From Octopus bimaculoides (taxonomy: Eukaryota), in contig NC_068984.1 in the NCBI RefSeq assembly GCF_001194135.2, positions 45,882,225 to 45,929,013 on the forward strand: DNA of 46,789 nucleotides, given 5' to 3'. Both the position numbers and the translations under genes were made by a program. The notes beneath the pieces were generated by a model, which was given only the letters and a program-made list of their open reading frames with translations, did not search any database and was not told the DNA's origin. The number at the start of each line of letters is the position of its first letter. Position 1 is the first letter of the stretch. Shown in pieces: positions 25,201-38,520 of the stretch.

Positions 25201-25599
25201 AATTACGATCTTGTGACATTTCAAACGCTGTTACAATTTTTCTTTCTATCGCTACGAATGAATACGACACAACTGCTTTTAGTAAAACGTCATTAAAGGT
25301 CATTATCCTAACCACAGAAATACTTTCTATCAGTTTACAGTTGCTATTTAAAGTAGATACAAACACGATAGGACCCAATTAGTCTGTTCGAATTCCCACT
25401 CCCGAGCAGTCGTTGGTAAAATAAATTACTTACTTAATGGGAACATTGGACGTATTAGTCTGAATATAGATTTAAGGTAAATTGAAGGCTAAGTGTATTT
25501 AATAGACACCCATTTTTAGCCGCTCCCTGTAACGCTGATAGTATCGTTATCTATATTTGTCCAGACACCTTATAGTACTCTGTAATTATATATATGCAC

Positions 25600-25631
<32 letters not shown>

Positions 25632-25968
25632 GTGCATATATGTATATATATACATATACACACACACCACACACACACACACATATATATATATATGCAC
25701 ATATATACACATATATAAATATACGGATATGTATAAATATGTATATACATATATATATACATGTATATATATAGAGAGAGCGAGATAGATACACACATAC
25801 ACACATAGTATGTATGATGATATCTGTGTGTGTGCATGCGTATGAAGATATAATTACATTTTAGACTTTCACACTATATGGGTGCGTGCAAGTGTGTGTG
25901 TGTGTGTGTGTGTCTTGATGCGTGTGCGTATGCGTGTCTGAGATACTGAGAAAAAGAGNNNNNNNNNN

Positions 25969-26009
<41 letters not shown>

Positions 26010-26313
26010 TATCCTCACCAATCCTGTGAGGAAATGAATGAAAAATAGAATAAAAGAAGTGGAAACATTCACTGAACTGAAATCATTACCTGAAGGAAAT
26101 TATCTTTGCTGATTACTTTCAAAGAACTGCTGCGACATTTTTATTTACTTCCTTTGTATGTGTGTGTAGCACACACATACATGTATATATGTACACACAC
26201 ACATATATTTATGTATACATGTACATATGTATATATATGTATATATGTATACATATACATATGTATATATATATGCATTAACTTTATATCTATATACATA
26301 TTAACGTAAATAA

Positions 26314-26345
<32 letters not shown>

Positions 26346-26416
26346 ATACACACATATATATACATATATATACATATATATTCGTATATATATTCATATA
26401 TAAATGTATATATATG

Positions 26417-26486
<70 letters not shown>

Positions 26487-26569
26487 TAAAGTGGGAGAAT
26501 GATTTATATATTCTAAAGGTGAAAAATTTCTGACTTTTTATTAGATTTAGTTAACAATGATTACGTTTT

Positions 26570-27060
26570 TATTGTTAATGTTGTGGCTGTGTTTTAGCAT
26601 ATGCGTTGATACTCAAATATGTATTTGTTCTTGTGATGATACATAAGGCTGTCAATGTTGTTTATGTATTTCATATTGCTGTTGTTGGTTCTGTCCTTGT
26701 TGTTGGGGGTTGTAGTTACCGTTGGTGTTGTTGTTGATATTAATGTTGATATCGCCATTAATGTTATCCCTGTCGTTTTTGCTCCCTGTGCTGTAGCTGT
26801 TATTGATTCAGTTCATTGCTAGTTGTTGGTTCTGTTGGTGCGGGTGTGTTCTTAATGCTGTTACTGCTGATGTTGCTGTTGACGTTGGTGTCGTTGTTGT
26901 TGTTGTTGCTGCTGCTGTCTTCATTTTCAGCGTCATTCTGAATGTTATCTGTGTTTCATTTGTTGGTGACGTTGCATGCGTTTCCAGGGCTTTTCTTATT
27001 CCTGGTTAACCTTTTAGATATTCATGTTATTATTTTTTTTCGTTATTGTTACTGTTGCTA
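26570..27060. repeat. Degenerate (GTT/GCT)n low-complexity tract
   Basis: Directly visible; similar tracts at 1430-1620, 16500-16590 and 29680-29820. Confidence 0.8.
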
Positions 27061-27369
27061 TAATTTAACACAAACTCTGTCTCGCTTGAGCAGGGTTTTT
27101 ATCGAATAGTTCCATTTCTGATAATTTTACGTTTCACACACACACACACACACGCGCGCGCGTGCGCGTGCACACACGCATATTTGTAAGTATGTACATA
27201 CTTCCTGTATTTGATCATTAAAATTTTTCCTCTAAAGGAGAGCTGGTTTCTGACAAAGATACATGGCTCCATCTTTGGTAAGGAGATAGCCAAAAACAAT
27301 GTCAAATTTTAAACCTGTGAGAAGTCTTGTATGTATGTATGTATGAATGTATGTATGCATGTATGTGTA

Positions 27370-27400
<31 letters not shown>

Positions 27401-27401
<1 letters not shown>

Positions 27402-27567
27402 CGACGGGCTTCTTTCAGTTTCCGTCTACCAGATCCACTCACAAGGCTTTGGTAGGCCCAAAGTTATAGTAGAAGACACTCCCCGAAGGTGCCACGCAGT
27501 GGGACTGAACCCGGAACCATGTGTGGTTGGTAAGCAAGCTACTTACCACACAGCCACTCCTACGCCT
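27401..27567 (-). mobile_element. SINE family A, 5' half only, ending in the microsatellite
   Basis: acgacgggcttctttcagtttccgtctacc...gcagtgggactgaacccggaacc...cacacagccac; well-preserved head. Confidence 0.9.
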
Positions 27568-28620
27568 ATATATATATATATTTTTTTTTTCTCTTCTTTC
27601 CTGACCGTCCAATAGCACAGTACTTGTACCACGTCNNNNNNNNNNNNNNNNNNNNNNNNNNNNNNNNNNNNNNNNNNNNNNNNNNNNNNNNNNNNNNNNN
27701 NNNNNNNNNNNNNNNNNNNNNNNNNNNNNNNNNNNNNNNNNNNNNNNNNNNNNNNNNNNNNNNNNNNNNNNNNNNNNNNNNNNNNNNNNNNNNNNNNNNN
27801 NNNNNNNNNNNNNNNNNNNNNNNNNNNNNNNNNNNNNNNNNNNNNNNNNNNNNNNNNNNNNNNNNNNNNNNNNNNNNNNNNNNNNNNNNNNNNNNNNNNN
27901 NNNNNNNNNNNNNNNNNNNNNNNNNNNNNNNNNNNNNNNNNNNNNNNNNNNNNNNNNNNNNNNNNNNNNNNNNNNNNNNNNNNNNNNNNNNNNNNNNNNN
28001 NNNNNNNNNNNNNNNNNNNNNNNNNNNNNNNNNNNNNNNNNNNNNNNNNNNNNNNNNNNNNNNNNNNNNNNNNNNNNNNNNNNNNNNNNNNNNNNNTATA
28101 TATATATGTATATGTATATATAGTTGGAATTCACAAAATAACAAAAGTATATATAGTGTACCCTGCCCAATATAACGTCCGTTTATTTTGGAATATTTAA
28201 GCGTAGTTTGAAGTATATGTGAGTGTTTTATTTGTAGCAGACCATTCGATCGTGTAAAAGCTCCCTAGAGGTATTGTTTTATCGTTGCTGTCAGTGTTGC
28301 ATTTGTTGTAGCTTTTCTGCTTATGGCTATTGGTGTGATTTTGCTGTATTTATTCATAGTAAGAGTCAGCTGTGGCTTTGACACAATCTGCACTGTACCA
28401 CTAATGAGACAAAACGTTATTGTTTTACATTTAGTCAGCGAGAGCGCGATTTTGTTTAGGAGTGATACGCAGATATTTCAACGCCGCAGGCTGCCTGGTT
28501 TACATCGGGTGTTAAAAGTTGACTGACTATTCACACGTCCAGTTATATATACCATTCGTACGTGTTTCAAAACATACCCACATATATATATATATATACA
28601 TCTCTCTCTCTATATATATA

Positions 28621-28657
<37 letters not shown>

Positions 28658-28847
28658 NNNNNNNNNNNNNNNNNNNNNNNNNNNNNNNNNNNNNNNNNNN
28701 NNNNNNNNNNNNNNNNNNNNNNNNNNNNNNNNNNNNNNNNNNNNNNNNNNNNNNNNNNNNNNNNNNNNNNNNNNNNNNNNNNNNNNNNNNNNNNNNNNNN
28801 NNNNNNNNNNNNNNNNNNNNNNNNNNNNNNNNNNNNNNNNNNNNNNN

Positions 28848-29067
28848 AGAAGGCTTGTGTTATATGGTTAAAGTATATATTTAAATTATGTCGTGTTAAC
28901 ACGACACAATGAAGTAGAGAAATTTGAAAAGACAACACGAAACCGGTTATTTCTCAAAATACAATGTTTATATACCAAAAAGAATTTATAACATTTTTCT
29001 AACATTTTGCTTACATTTTTCTGACATAATTTAAATATATACTTTAACCATATAACACAAGCCTTCT
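28848..29067. repeat. Perfect 45-bp inverted repeat starting at a gap edge
   Basis: 28848-28892 equals the reverse complement of 29023-29067. Confidence 0.9.
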
Positions 29068-30428
29068 GTAGTTTTTTCACTCTTATTATCTTTTATATAT
29101 ATATATATATATATATTGCTGTTCTGACTTCCAGTTTTCGGTGAATTTAAGAGATGTTTGTAATCAGGAAACGGTACAAGACAAAGGGAATAAATAAATA
29201 TTTCACAATAACTAAAACCCGCGTAAAGTCTCTAAAGTAAGCGAAGTGGTTATTTGTCTTTCCCCCAAATAATTTTGTTAGCTACAGTAATGTTAGAACC
29301 CAACCCCCTCTATTCCGTTGGGTGGCATTTACTCACTGATATCAGAATTCTAACGTATAAACTGAAATATAACCTATTCATAAATATCAAAATGCAATTA
29401 AAAAAATGTTAGCGTAATTCAAATACAGAGAATCCACATGTCGCCCGCCACAGAATCACCATATTCCTGCTTATTTGATAGATATGTATTTTTATTTTAA
29501 ACTTGTAAACAATGAATATTATACTGGCTGTGGGCAGCGCAGGACTTCTATAGAAAATGCAAAGGCTTTGCGCCTTGGAGTCTACTTTGGTTCTACAAAT
29601 TATTGTTAATCTCACTTGAAGGAGGTTTTTAAAAAAAATTGTAGCAAATTGCTGTGGGGAATATTATATGTGACTGTCATTGTTGTCGTTGTATTGATTT
29701 TGGAATGGTTTTATTATTGTATCCTCTTTTCATTATTGTAGCTGTTGTTGTTCATCTTGTTGTCGCTATTGCCGTTGTAGTAATTAGTATTATTGTTTTT
29801 GTCGTTGCTGTTGTACACTTTTTCATTGTTAAAGTAGGATATTTAACAATTTCATTGTTAAAGTAGGATATTTTTGGCGGATGTTATGTGAAATAGTAAA
29901 CTAAATAGAAAATAATAGAATGAAACAAATATAGGACGTAACAGATGACAAAATGAAATACCACATGCAACCATATTCCGAATGGTATGTATGCATATTG
30001 CACTACAGACCTAAACCGAAGTAAAATCCTCATGGTAATTTTCTCCACAGAAGTTTCAAATCTCAAGTTAATTAGTGTTGAAGCCTTCTAAATCTTCAAT
30101 TCAAATCGTAACAGTGAACATGTCTTCCTCTACAGCATAAAAAATTTTAGATAGAAAATCCGGCGACTACAACGACGACGAAGACGACAACTTCGACAAC
30201 GAAGATGATAACCTAAGAGGCGACAAAATAGAATAGCCTTTACAAAGATACATGATCTGCTCGAAAGAGAAGTCAAATACGTACAGCAAATCACAATTAC
30301 CCTCCTACATGAAAGACAATAAGCCATGTATGAGTATTGTAGGATGGTTATGACTGGGAACCATTTTATTATTATGTTGCTTAGATATGAGATGAAGTGC
30401 TAAAAATAACACAAAAAGTTTGATAGAT

Positions 30429-30520
30429 GCAGGCGTGGCTGAGTGGCAAGAAGCTTGCCTCGGATCGACCAAAGCCTTCTGAGTTGACTTGGTAGACAGA
30501 AACTGAAAGAATCCCGTCGT
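30429..30520 (+). mobile_element. SINE family A, internally deleted 5' half
   Basis: gcaggcgtggctgagtggcaagaagcttgcctc joined directly to ggatcgaccaaagcc. Confidence 0.85.
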
Positions 30521-30594
30521 ATATATATTTAGGCTATATTAAATCTCTGAGCGAGATGTAAACAAGAGCAATTCAGAATCGTAACATATAATTA

Positions 30595-30880
30595 CCAACC
30601 AAGTGTGGTATCCTATACAGTGCTACTGGCGTTTTTAGCCAGAGAAAGTCATCTCTTCCAGCTGGCTAACAACACACATTCTGTGTCCGATTAGTATTTG
30701 CGAGAGGAAGTCATCGCTCTCATCCCTTGCCTTAAGTGATACACATGAACTCGAGTTTCTAGGTGGTTACTCGTCCTCAAGGTTTGTTAATCACCAGATA
30801 ATGATGAAAACTCACCCCACTCGCAAAATGCTATATGTTTTTTCCAGCGACGAGCCATCGCTGATCTCGAAACAAGATTC
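30595..30880 (+). repeat. Repeat family F copy
   Basis: catctcttccagctggctaacaacacac...gattagtatttgcg homologous to 18610-18666. Confidence 0.7.
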
Positions 30881-30995
30881 TATGTATGTATGTATGTATG
30901 TATGTATGTATGTATGTATGTATGTATGTATGTATGCATGTATGTATGTATGTATGTATGTATGTATCTATCAAATCTATCGATCTATCTATCTG

Positions 30996-31068
<73 letters not shown>

Positions 31069-31200
31069 TTGTCTGTCTATCTTTTTATCTGTCTGTCTGT
31101 CTACCTGTCTGTTTACCTGTTAGCCTGCCTGTCTGTCTCTCCGTCTGTCCGTCCGTCCGTCCGTCCGTCTGTCTGTTTGTATGTCGGTCTGTCTGTACAT
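30881..31200. repeat. Compound (TATG)/(TATC)/(TGTC)/(CGTC) tetranucleotide array
   Basis: Directly visible. Confidence 0.95.
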
Positions 31201-31359
31201 GACTCCTTACAAAGCAGTCATAAATTACGATAGTGCAGCAGTGGATAGTGTATGTTACATATTTGTGTTTTCTATTTTTATTGAAACTCTATTCATATAG
31301 GAGTCATGTGTTATACTGTTGATTGGGGAAAAGGATTTGTGCGCTTTATGTGAGGTGCG

Positions 31360-32006
31360 CTTCTATGTCAACTGCCCGACGAGCAATTGTCCGACAGACA
31401 TTATCACTTTATTTTTATCTGTCATTCATTTCATTTCATCTGTCATTTGGGCGAATCTTCCTGTACTCAAAAATTGTAATTTTTCGCAGTTTGCTGAAGT
31501 AAAGAAACACCCTGTGTCGAAAAGCCTTGGCTTTTGTGCCAGCAGACAATGTTGTAACATTTGAGCAATTACAAGAAAATTTGTGCCAAGAAGCAGATCC
31601 AATCAATAATTGCTTTCATGATGCTTATATCGGTAGAATATGACGGTGTAACAGAAACAACCCACTCTTTCCTATTTGCGTGTGCAACATGTATGACTGC
31701 GGATGCAATAATTTACCACGAACAATTAATTCATTGAAGAGATGGTATAACCATTTACAGGCGAATATAACGTCAAGTTATCCAAATATCTGGCGTTTTC
31801 TTCGGGTACTGAAGACGGAACAAGTAATTAACGACACAATCATCAACCAAATGCTGGCAGGACATCAGCTTTCACCCAACAAGGAAAAGATATCAAGATT
31901 TAACGAAACAACTTGTAATTGTCTGTCGGGCACTTGCCCGTCGGGCGCTTGTCCGTCGGGCACTTATACGTCGGGCTCTTGTCAGTCAGGCAGTTGTCTA
32001 GATACC
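31360..32006 (+). mobile_element. Internally deleted MULE (Mutator-like) DNA transposon retaining both ends and the transposase C-terminus
   Basis: In-frame from 31521: KALAFVPADNVVTFEQL...FHDAYIGRI*RCNRNNPLFPICVCNMYD...LPRTINSLKRWYN...YPNIWRFLRVLKTEQ, matching the MULE pattern ALAFVP...YFExxYIG...PxFP..WN...PRTNNxxEGWHN...HPNIWxFI..LKxEQ. Ends carry inverted 15-bp gtcgggcacttgtcc-type units. Confidence 0.85.
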
Positions 32007-32229
32007 GGGAGATGCAGAGAGAAAACTATGAAGCGGTTTGTCAGGAGTCTCATCTACTATTTTTTTCCATACATGCATAGTATAAAAGGAATGTGATTAA
32101 ATCCTTATTGTGATTTAACTGACAATCTTCACTTTTATTGAAAAACAAGCAATGGAAATAACAGTGTTAGGATAAGCTGACTGAATGTTTTGGGCGATAC
32201 AGTCAACACAAAACCTAGCCTTTAAAACC

Positions 32230-32269
32230 AACAACTGGAGACAAGGCATTTGCCTTGTCTCCAGTTGTT
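32230..32269. repeat. Perfect 19-bp palindrome with 2-nt spacer
   Basis: aacaactggagacaaggca-tt-tgccttgtctccagttgtt. Confidence 0.95.
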
Positions 32270-32459
32270 AGTTCCGATAGTGTTAGACTTTCACGTCAAA
32301 CAGAAAGAGTGTGCAGAACAATCTCTTGAGATATTTTCCCACAATCATTTTCTTAAGTAATATTAAGTAGCAAGCACTCCATTTTCTTTTCTATTTTAAG
32401 AATGGAATTTAAGAATTGTAATTTCATTCAGGCTTACTTTTAGAATGAATGGGAAAAAG

Positions 32460-32700
<241 letters not shown>

Positions 32701-34313
32701 AAGCGAAACGCTGTTAAAATATGGAAGAAACAGATACAAGAAGTTTGTAATGATGCAATTGAATGCTTATCTGAAAATTGCTTAACGGCTATAAGCAGAA
32801 ATACACGTATACGTACACATATACACACACCTATGCACACATACACACACATAGACACACATTAACATAACTTAGGAAATCATTGATACCTGTGGAGGAG
32901 CCTTTACGAGAAATAGCTACCAAATTTGCCTTAAATCGTAACTTTCCTTTGATTATAAATATTTTTTCTTTTCAACACGCAGATCTGGAACTAAAGAAAC
33001 AAGAACGAAGGCAATAGGTACGTACACACAAAGCAAACGCGTACAAAATATACAAAACAACACTCACACAAACTCACACAACTATACGCCACAAACACGC
33101 ATACACACTCAAAAACGTGCAAAGCTATATATATATATATATAATAAATAGAGGAATTTTACATAATATCGAGGTCTCTTTCTTTGGTTGTCTTACCTTT
33201 TCTATCAATATATATATATATATATGTACACATAAAGAAAACTTTTTACACACAGACAGTATATAAGGCAATGCACACATAAACTCATACACGGTAGTCC
33301 ACATACATATGCTCACACAATCTCATACACATTTGTACAAACGCAGCCACAATAGCACAGACACACCGACTCATACAGAGTCAGATTCCCACTCTCTCTC
33401 ATTCATTTACACAACATCACTGTTCTTTTCTAATTAGTGTCAAACTTAATATTTGTTTGTTAATTCTTTGTGCATGTTATTGTTATTAATTTTGTTTGGT
33501 TTATCTTTTGCAATAGTTTGACATAATTAAATAATCGTTGCCAAAAATCTCAAGATTAGAACGTTGAATGGTCGGGTCTGAAGAGCTGACAGAATTTGCC
33601 AACTGTTCGTGCTAAACTTAATTCTAGCATAATTAATTTGCCTAATTACACCGAAAGGACAAAGTAACGCTTCCAAGAAACAATAAAATAAAATAATCAA
33701 ATAAGTAAATAAACCGTTTTAGATGCTTTTTATTCCAACTCTTAAATTTCTTTTTTGTTACACTTTTCTTTGTATGGTTTCTCATTACTTTCATCCTTCA
33801 GGTGATTTTGACGGCCAAAACTCTAAAGCACGCTTGAATGAATACTTTAGAGTAGCCAGATCGGTGCCAAATTATTTTGTGTTCAAATTGCCGCTGGTAT
33901 CGACTTTGCATTTCATTCTTTCAAATCTTTGTAAATAAAAAGAAAAAAAAACGCCTTCCAAAATTAAAATAAAAATCTACCTGTTATATTACAATGAAGT
34001 TTTTTCTTTTGTGGTTTTAAACAAAGGAATTGCTTATTATCGTTGAAGGACCTCCAAGACATGTGATGGTGGAGCGAAATGTGCTAGAAAAGAAAGGAAA
34101 CCAGTCTCACATAATGCAGTAGTACACAGTGAATCGTCAAGATATAGAAACCTTTTGAAAACGGAGACATGACCCAAGTATTTCTCACATACTGGACCTT
34201 ACTAAAGGCCCAAAAGATCCAGGTGGTTGTGATAAGTTAAGTAGTTCTAATCAAACGGGCTACAGCTGTGATGATTCTGTCTTTGATGGTCATAATACGT
34301 GTACACATATTTA

Positions 34314-34362
34314 TCTTTTACCTGTTTCAGTCATTGAACTGTGCGTACGCTGAGACACTGCC
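34314..34362 (-). mobile_element. Isolated SINE A / CR1-type 3' tail
   Basis: rc ggcagtgtctcagcgtacgcacagttcaatgactgaaacaggtaaaaga matches 9125-9173. Confidence 0.6.
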
Positions 34363-34623
34363 GTTTACGCAACCAATGTTTTTGGTTGCTTCTGCGTGGT
34401 TATGACCCAATTCGAACCCATAAAAGATAAGTTCTTGCATTAAACTACGTTGTAAGTTCCTCACACAGAGTAAAGCAACGCACTACGTACCAGCGCTCCG
34501 GCTGCCATGGTGCTGCCAAACTTAGCTGGTACTTTCGCGGCTTGAAGTGCATCTGTCACGTGATATACACATTGAAAAATAGCACGTAAGGAAATTTAGC
34601 AAGATTTTTGATTTGTCTTAATA

Positions 34624-34657
<34 letters not shown>

Positions 34658-34673
34658 CACACACATACACATA

Positions 34674-34744
<71 letters not shown>

Positions 34745-35015
34745 ATATATATATACAAATACATACCTGATATACATAAATATACGTGTGAGTGTGTAAT
34801 GTATGTATGTATTGTGTGTGTGTCTGTGTATATAACTGTAGGTAAGTATGTGTTTATATAGATATATAATGTTTGTATTCATACATGAAAGCATGCACAT
34901 AATTCTGTGCAAATCAGAATACCCGCGGATGAGTTACTAATTACTTTAACCGTTCAAAGCAGGTGACTTACGACGTTGTTATTCGAGTTCCTAACTTGAG
35001 TGCATTTGCTCGGGT

Positions 35016-35091
<76 letters not shown>

Positions 35092-35491
35092 NNNNNNNNN
35101 NNNNNNNNNNNNNNNNNNNNNNNNNNNNNNNNNNNNNNNNNNNNNNNNNNNNNNNNNNNNNNNNNNNNNNNNNNNNNNNNNNNNNNNNNNNNNNNNNNNN
35201 NNNNNNNNNNNNNNNNNNNNNNNNNNNNNNNNNNNNNNNNNNNNNNNNNNNNNNNNNNNNNNNNNNNNNNNNNNNNNNNNNNNNNNNNNNNNNNNNNNNN
35301 NNNNNNNNNNNNNNNNNNNNNNNNNNNNNNNNNNNNNNNNNNNNNNNNNNNNNNNNNNNNNNNNNNNNNNNNNNNNNNNNNNNNNNNNNNNNNNNNNNNN
35401 NNNNNNNNNNNNNNNNNNNNNNNNNNNNNNNNNNNNNNNNNNNNNNNNNNNNNNNNNNNNNNNNNNNNNNNNNNNNNNNNNNNNNNNNNNN

Positions 35492-35522
<31 letters not shown>

Positions 35523-36463
35523 CATACTTAAAGTGTAATGATACTAAATTATGGGAAATTAACATGGCTCCAAATGAATGATCTAAAATGTCAAAACACT
35601 CATCTTAAATTTGACCTCCAATAAATTCCCTTGTACTTTTATATCAATAAATGGTCATTCGAATGACGTTTTGCGGACAGGTCAAGGCATTCAACTCTTA
35701 AGTCAGCAGGTTAAATACAATTCCACGTAACTCCATATACTTCTCATTCGAAACGGAAGCGCCTAATGGTTACTGATGAGGCTAGTTAATAGAATGTTGC
35801 TGATGTTGTTGATCCAATTTATATATATATATATATGAGATTATATATATATAAATATATTATAAATACTCTGGCAATACAATAGTATAATTTTTCATCT
35901 AAATAAAGCGTCTTACAGTTATCGACTGCTATTTTCAGCAAATATTGGTGCCTTGTATTTTCTTTTTATTATTCTACCTTTACAGTCCTTTATTTAGCTG
36001 GAAAATAATACTATTGTATTGCAATAATATTTATAATTTTTACATAAAACTTTGCCACTGATCTCGGTTCTCTTTACGACTAGGCGTTCAACCGAAGATA
36101 CTGGCATTGATGTCACGAATCTTCTAAAATGTCGTCTTTCGGTGAATCTAGCTGAAGAGGACTAGCCGAATTTACGATAACAGGCGTAATAGGAGAGTCC
36201 GAAAATGGACTATAGATTATCCACTCTAGGTTTTCCATCTAACCGGTATTCTTACTAGAGGTAAGACGAACATTTTTTTATATTTGTTGCCTGCACACAT
36301 CTCTGCCAGTATAGATTCAGTGAAGCTTTACATAGCCTCGTATAGTTATCGACCGCTATTACCAGCAAACATTGGTGCCTTGTTGTAGCACTGTTTTCTA
36401 TTTATTATGTATATATATATATGTATGTATACGTATATATGTATGCATATATATGTGCATGCG

Positions 36464-36549
<86 letters not shown>

Positions 36550-36559
36550 NNNNNNNNNN

Positions 36560-36598
<39 letters not shown>

Positions 36599-38059
36599 TA
36601 TATATATATATATATCATCATCATAAATATACAGGGATTAGCATTGAGTTGCTTCTTCAACATACTGAAAATTTAGAAATAGCAGTCAAAGAACTACTGA
36701 TTCTAAACTACAAATTTTTTCCCTGCCCTTATTCTTATATATATATATATATATGTATATATGTGTGTGTTTGTGTGTGCGTACGTTTATTGAATAAATA
36801 TAAGCAAAGAATACTCAAACATAAAGCAGAATTTATGTTGTAGAATTTGGGACAATTCCGCAATATTGGTTGAAGGATGGTGGTGAAGTAACTGTGGTAT
36901 ATGACTGTGAAACCCTGAATAACGATTGAATGAGTTCACTTTTTATGAACTCTCTCCCTTTCTCTCTCTCTCTTTGTACCTTACGTCACAATCTCTAATG
37001 CTAAAAAGGACTGTTTAACTTAATCGACCTCTTAAAGCAACTATATATTCCTGAAAGATTCCTTGGCTTACATGGAGTATCTCGGTACCAGTTGCTTGCT
37101 GAAGTTCACTTGTACTTTCAATTAAAAGTGGAATGGAAACTCGATCCATACATGAAACATTGAAGAGAAAAATATTCTCTTCTCCGATAGCAAACGTGAC
37201 ACCAAACGACAACGGGGTTAGGGTAACTATGTAGTAGATATAGGTTACTGTTAATTTCCTGCAGTTAAGTTCACGGTAAACATTCTTACCACGCTCGTAT
37301 GATAGCAAACGTATATTCACGTATGCATATAAGTAAGTTTTGTCATGCTGTGATACACATAAAAACGAATGGGAACACAAATATACAGTTGAAACGAGCA
37401 TCTATTCAGATTTAAGCTCACTACACACACACACACACACATTTACACACACACACACACATTTACACACACACACACATTTACACGCGCGCACGCACAC
37501 ACATTTACACGCGAACACACATACACACGCACACGGACACACACACACACATATATATATACATAGACAAACAGAATACATATACATACATATATATATA
37601 TATTGAGAGCGGAGGATATATATGCATATATTTATGTATATATACATATATATATATATATACATATACATGTATATATATACACATGCATATATATATA
37701 AGTGATTAAGAGAGGGAGAAAGAATTAGAAATTGTAAAAGAGGGATGCTTATTACACTTTCACATACATACACCTTCTAAGCCCAACCCCACGCGTACAC
37801 ATACGCACAGGCACACACATGTATACACATATGTATATACATATGTATATTATAATAGATGCATTCATATACACATAATCGAGCAGGCATAGAAAACGAT
37901 ATTTACTGATAAGGCACGAATGTCTAAACTGATTCTGTCATCAATATAATGATTAAGATGACGACACCAACGGGAATGATCAATTCCTCACACAAGTTCG
38001 AGCAATATCGACACCACTATAACCTGAGCATCACCACAACCACCATTCGTGTAAACTAC

Positions 38060-38258
38060 CACCATTTTTATCTGCCACCATCCAATATCGCACTTCCTTT
38101 ACCGGGAGCAACCACCGCCATCATCATCGAACTTAGCAGCAGCAGCAGTACCGCCATCACTGCCATTGCCGCTGCTGTCATCACCTCCGTCACCATTACC
38201 GTTCTCATCCACTGCATTATCATTACTACTAACCTGATTATCATCATCATCGTCATCG

Positions 38259-38310
<52 letters not shown>

Positions 38311-38420
38311 TATCATCATCATAATTATCATCATCATCAGCATCATCATCATATCCATCATCATAGTCACCGTCGTCATCATCATCATCATCATCATCAC
38401 CACCATAATCATCGCCGACG

Positions 38421-38453
<33 letters not shown>

Positions 38454-38520
38454 CCACCATGATGATGATGATCATCAACATCATCGCTACAACGATACCA
38501 CATCATCATCAACAGCAGCA
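38060..38520. repeat. Long (ATC)n trinucleotide array with degenerate flanks
   Basis: Directly visible; source of the poly-I, poly-M and poly-D ORFs. Confidence 0.95.

Noticed and set aside
29821-29873. 24-bp direct duplication with 29-bp period
   Set aside because: Ordinary slippage duplication in low-complexity DNA.
35748-35785. GAAAC...CUGAUGAG in type II hammerhead order
   Set aside because: U16.1 is replaced by C and helix II has at most 2 pairs.
36148-36195. CUGAAGA-GG-ACUAG-CC-GAAU near-hammerhead
   Set aside because: A15.1 is U and helix I does not form; at best a decayed relic.
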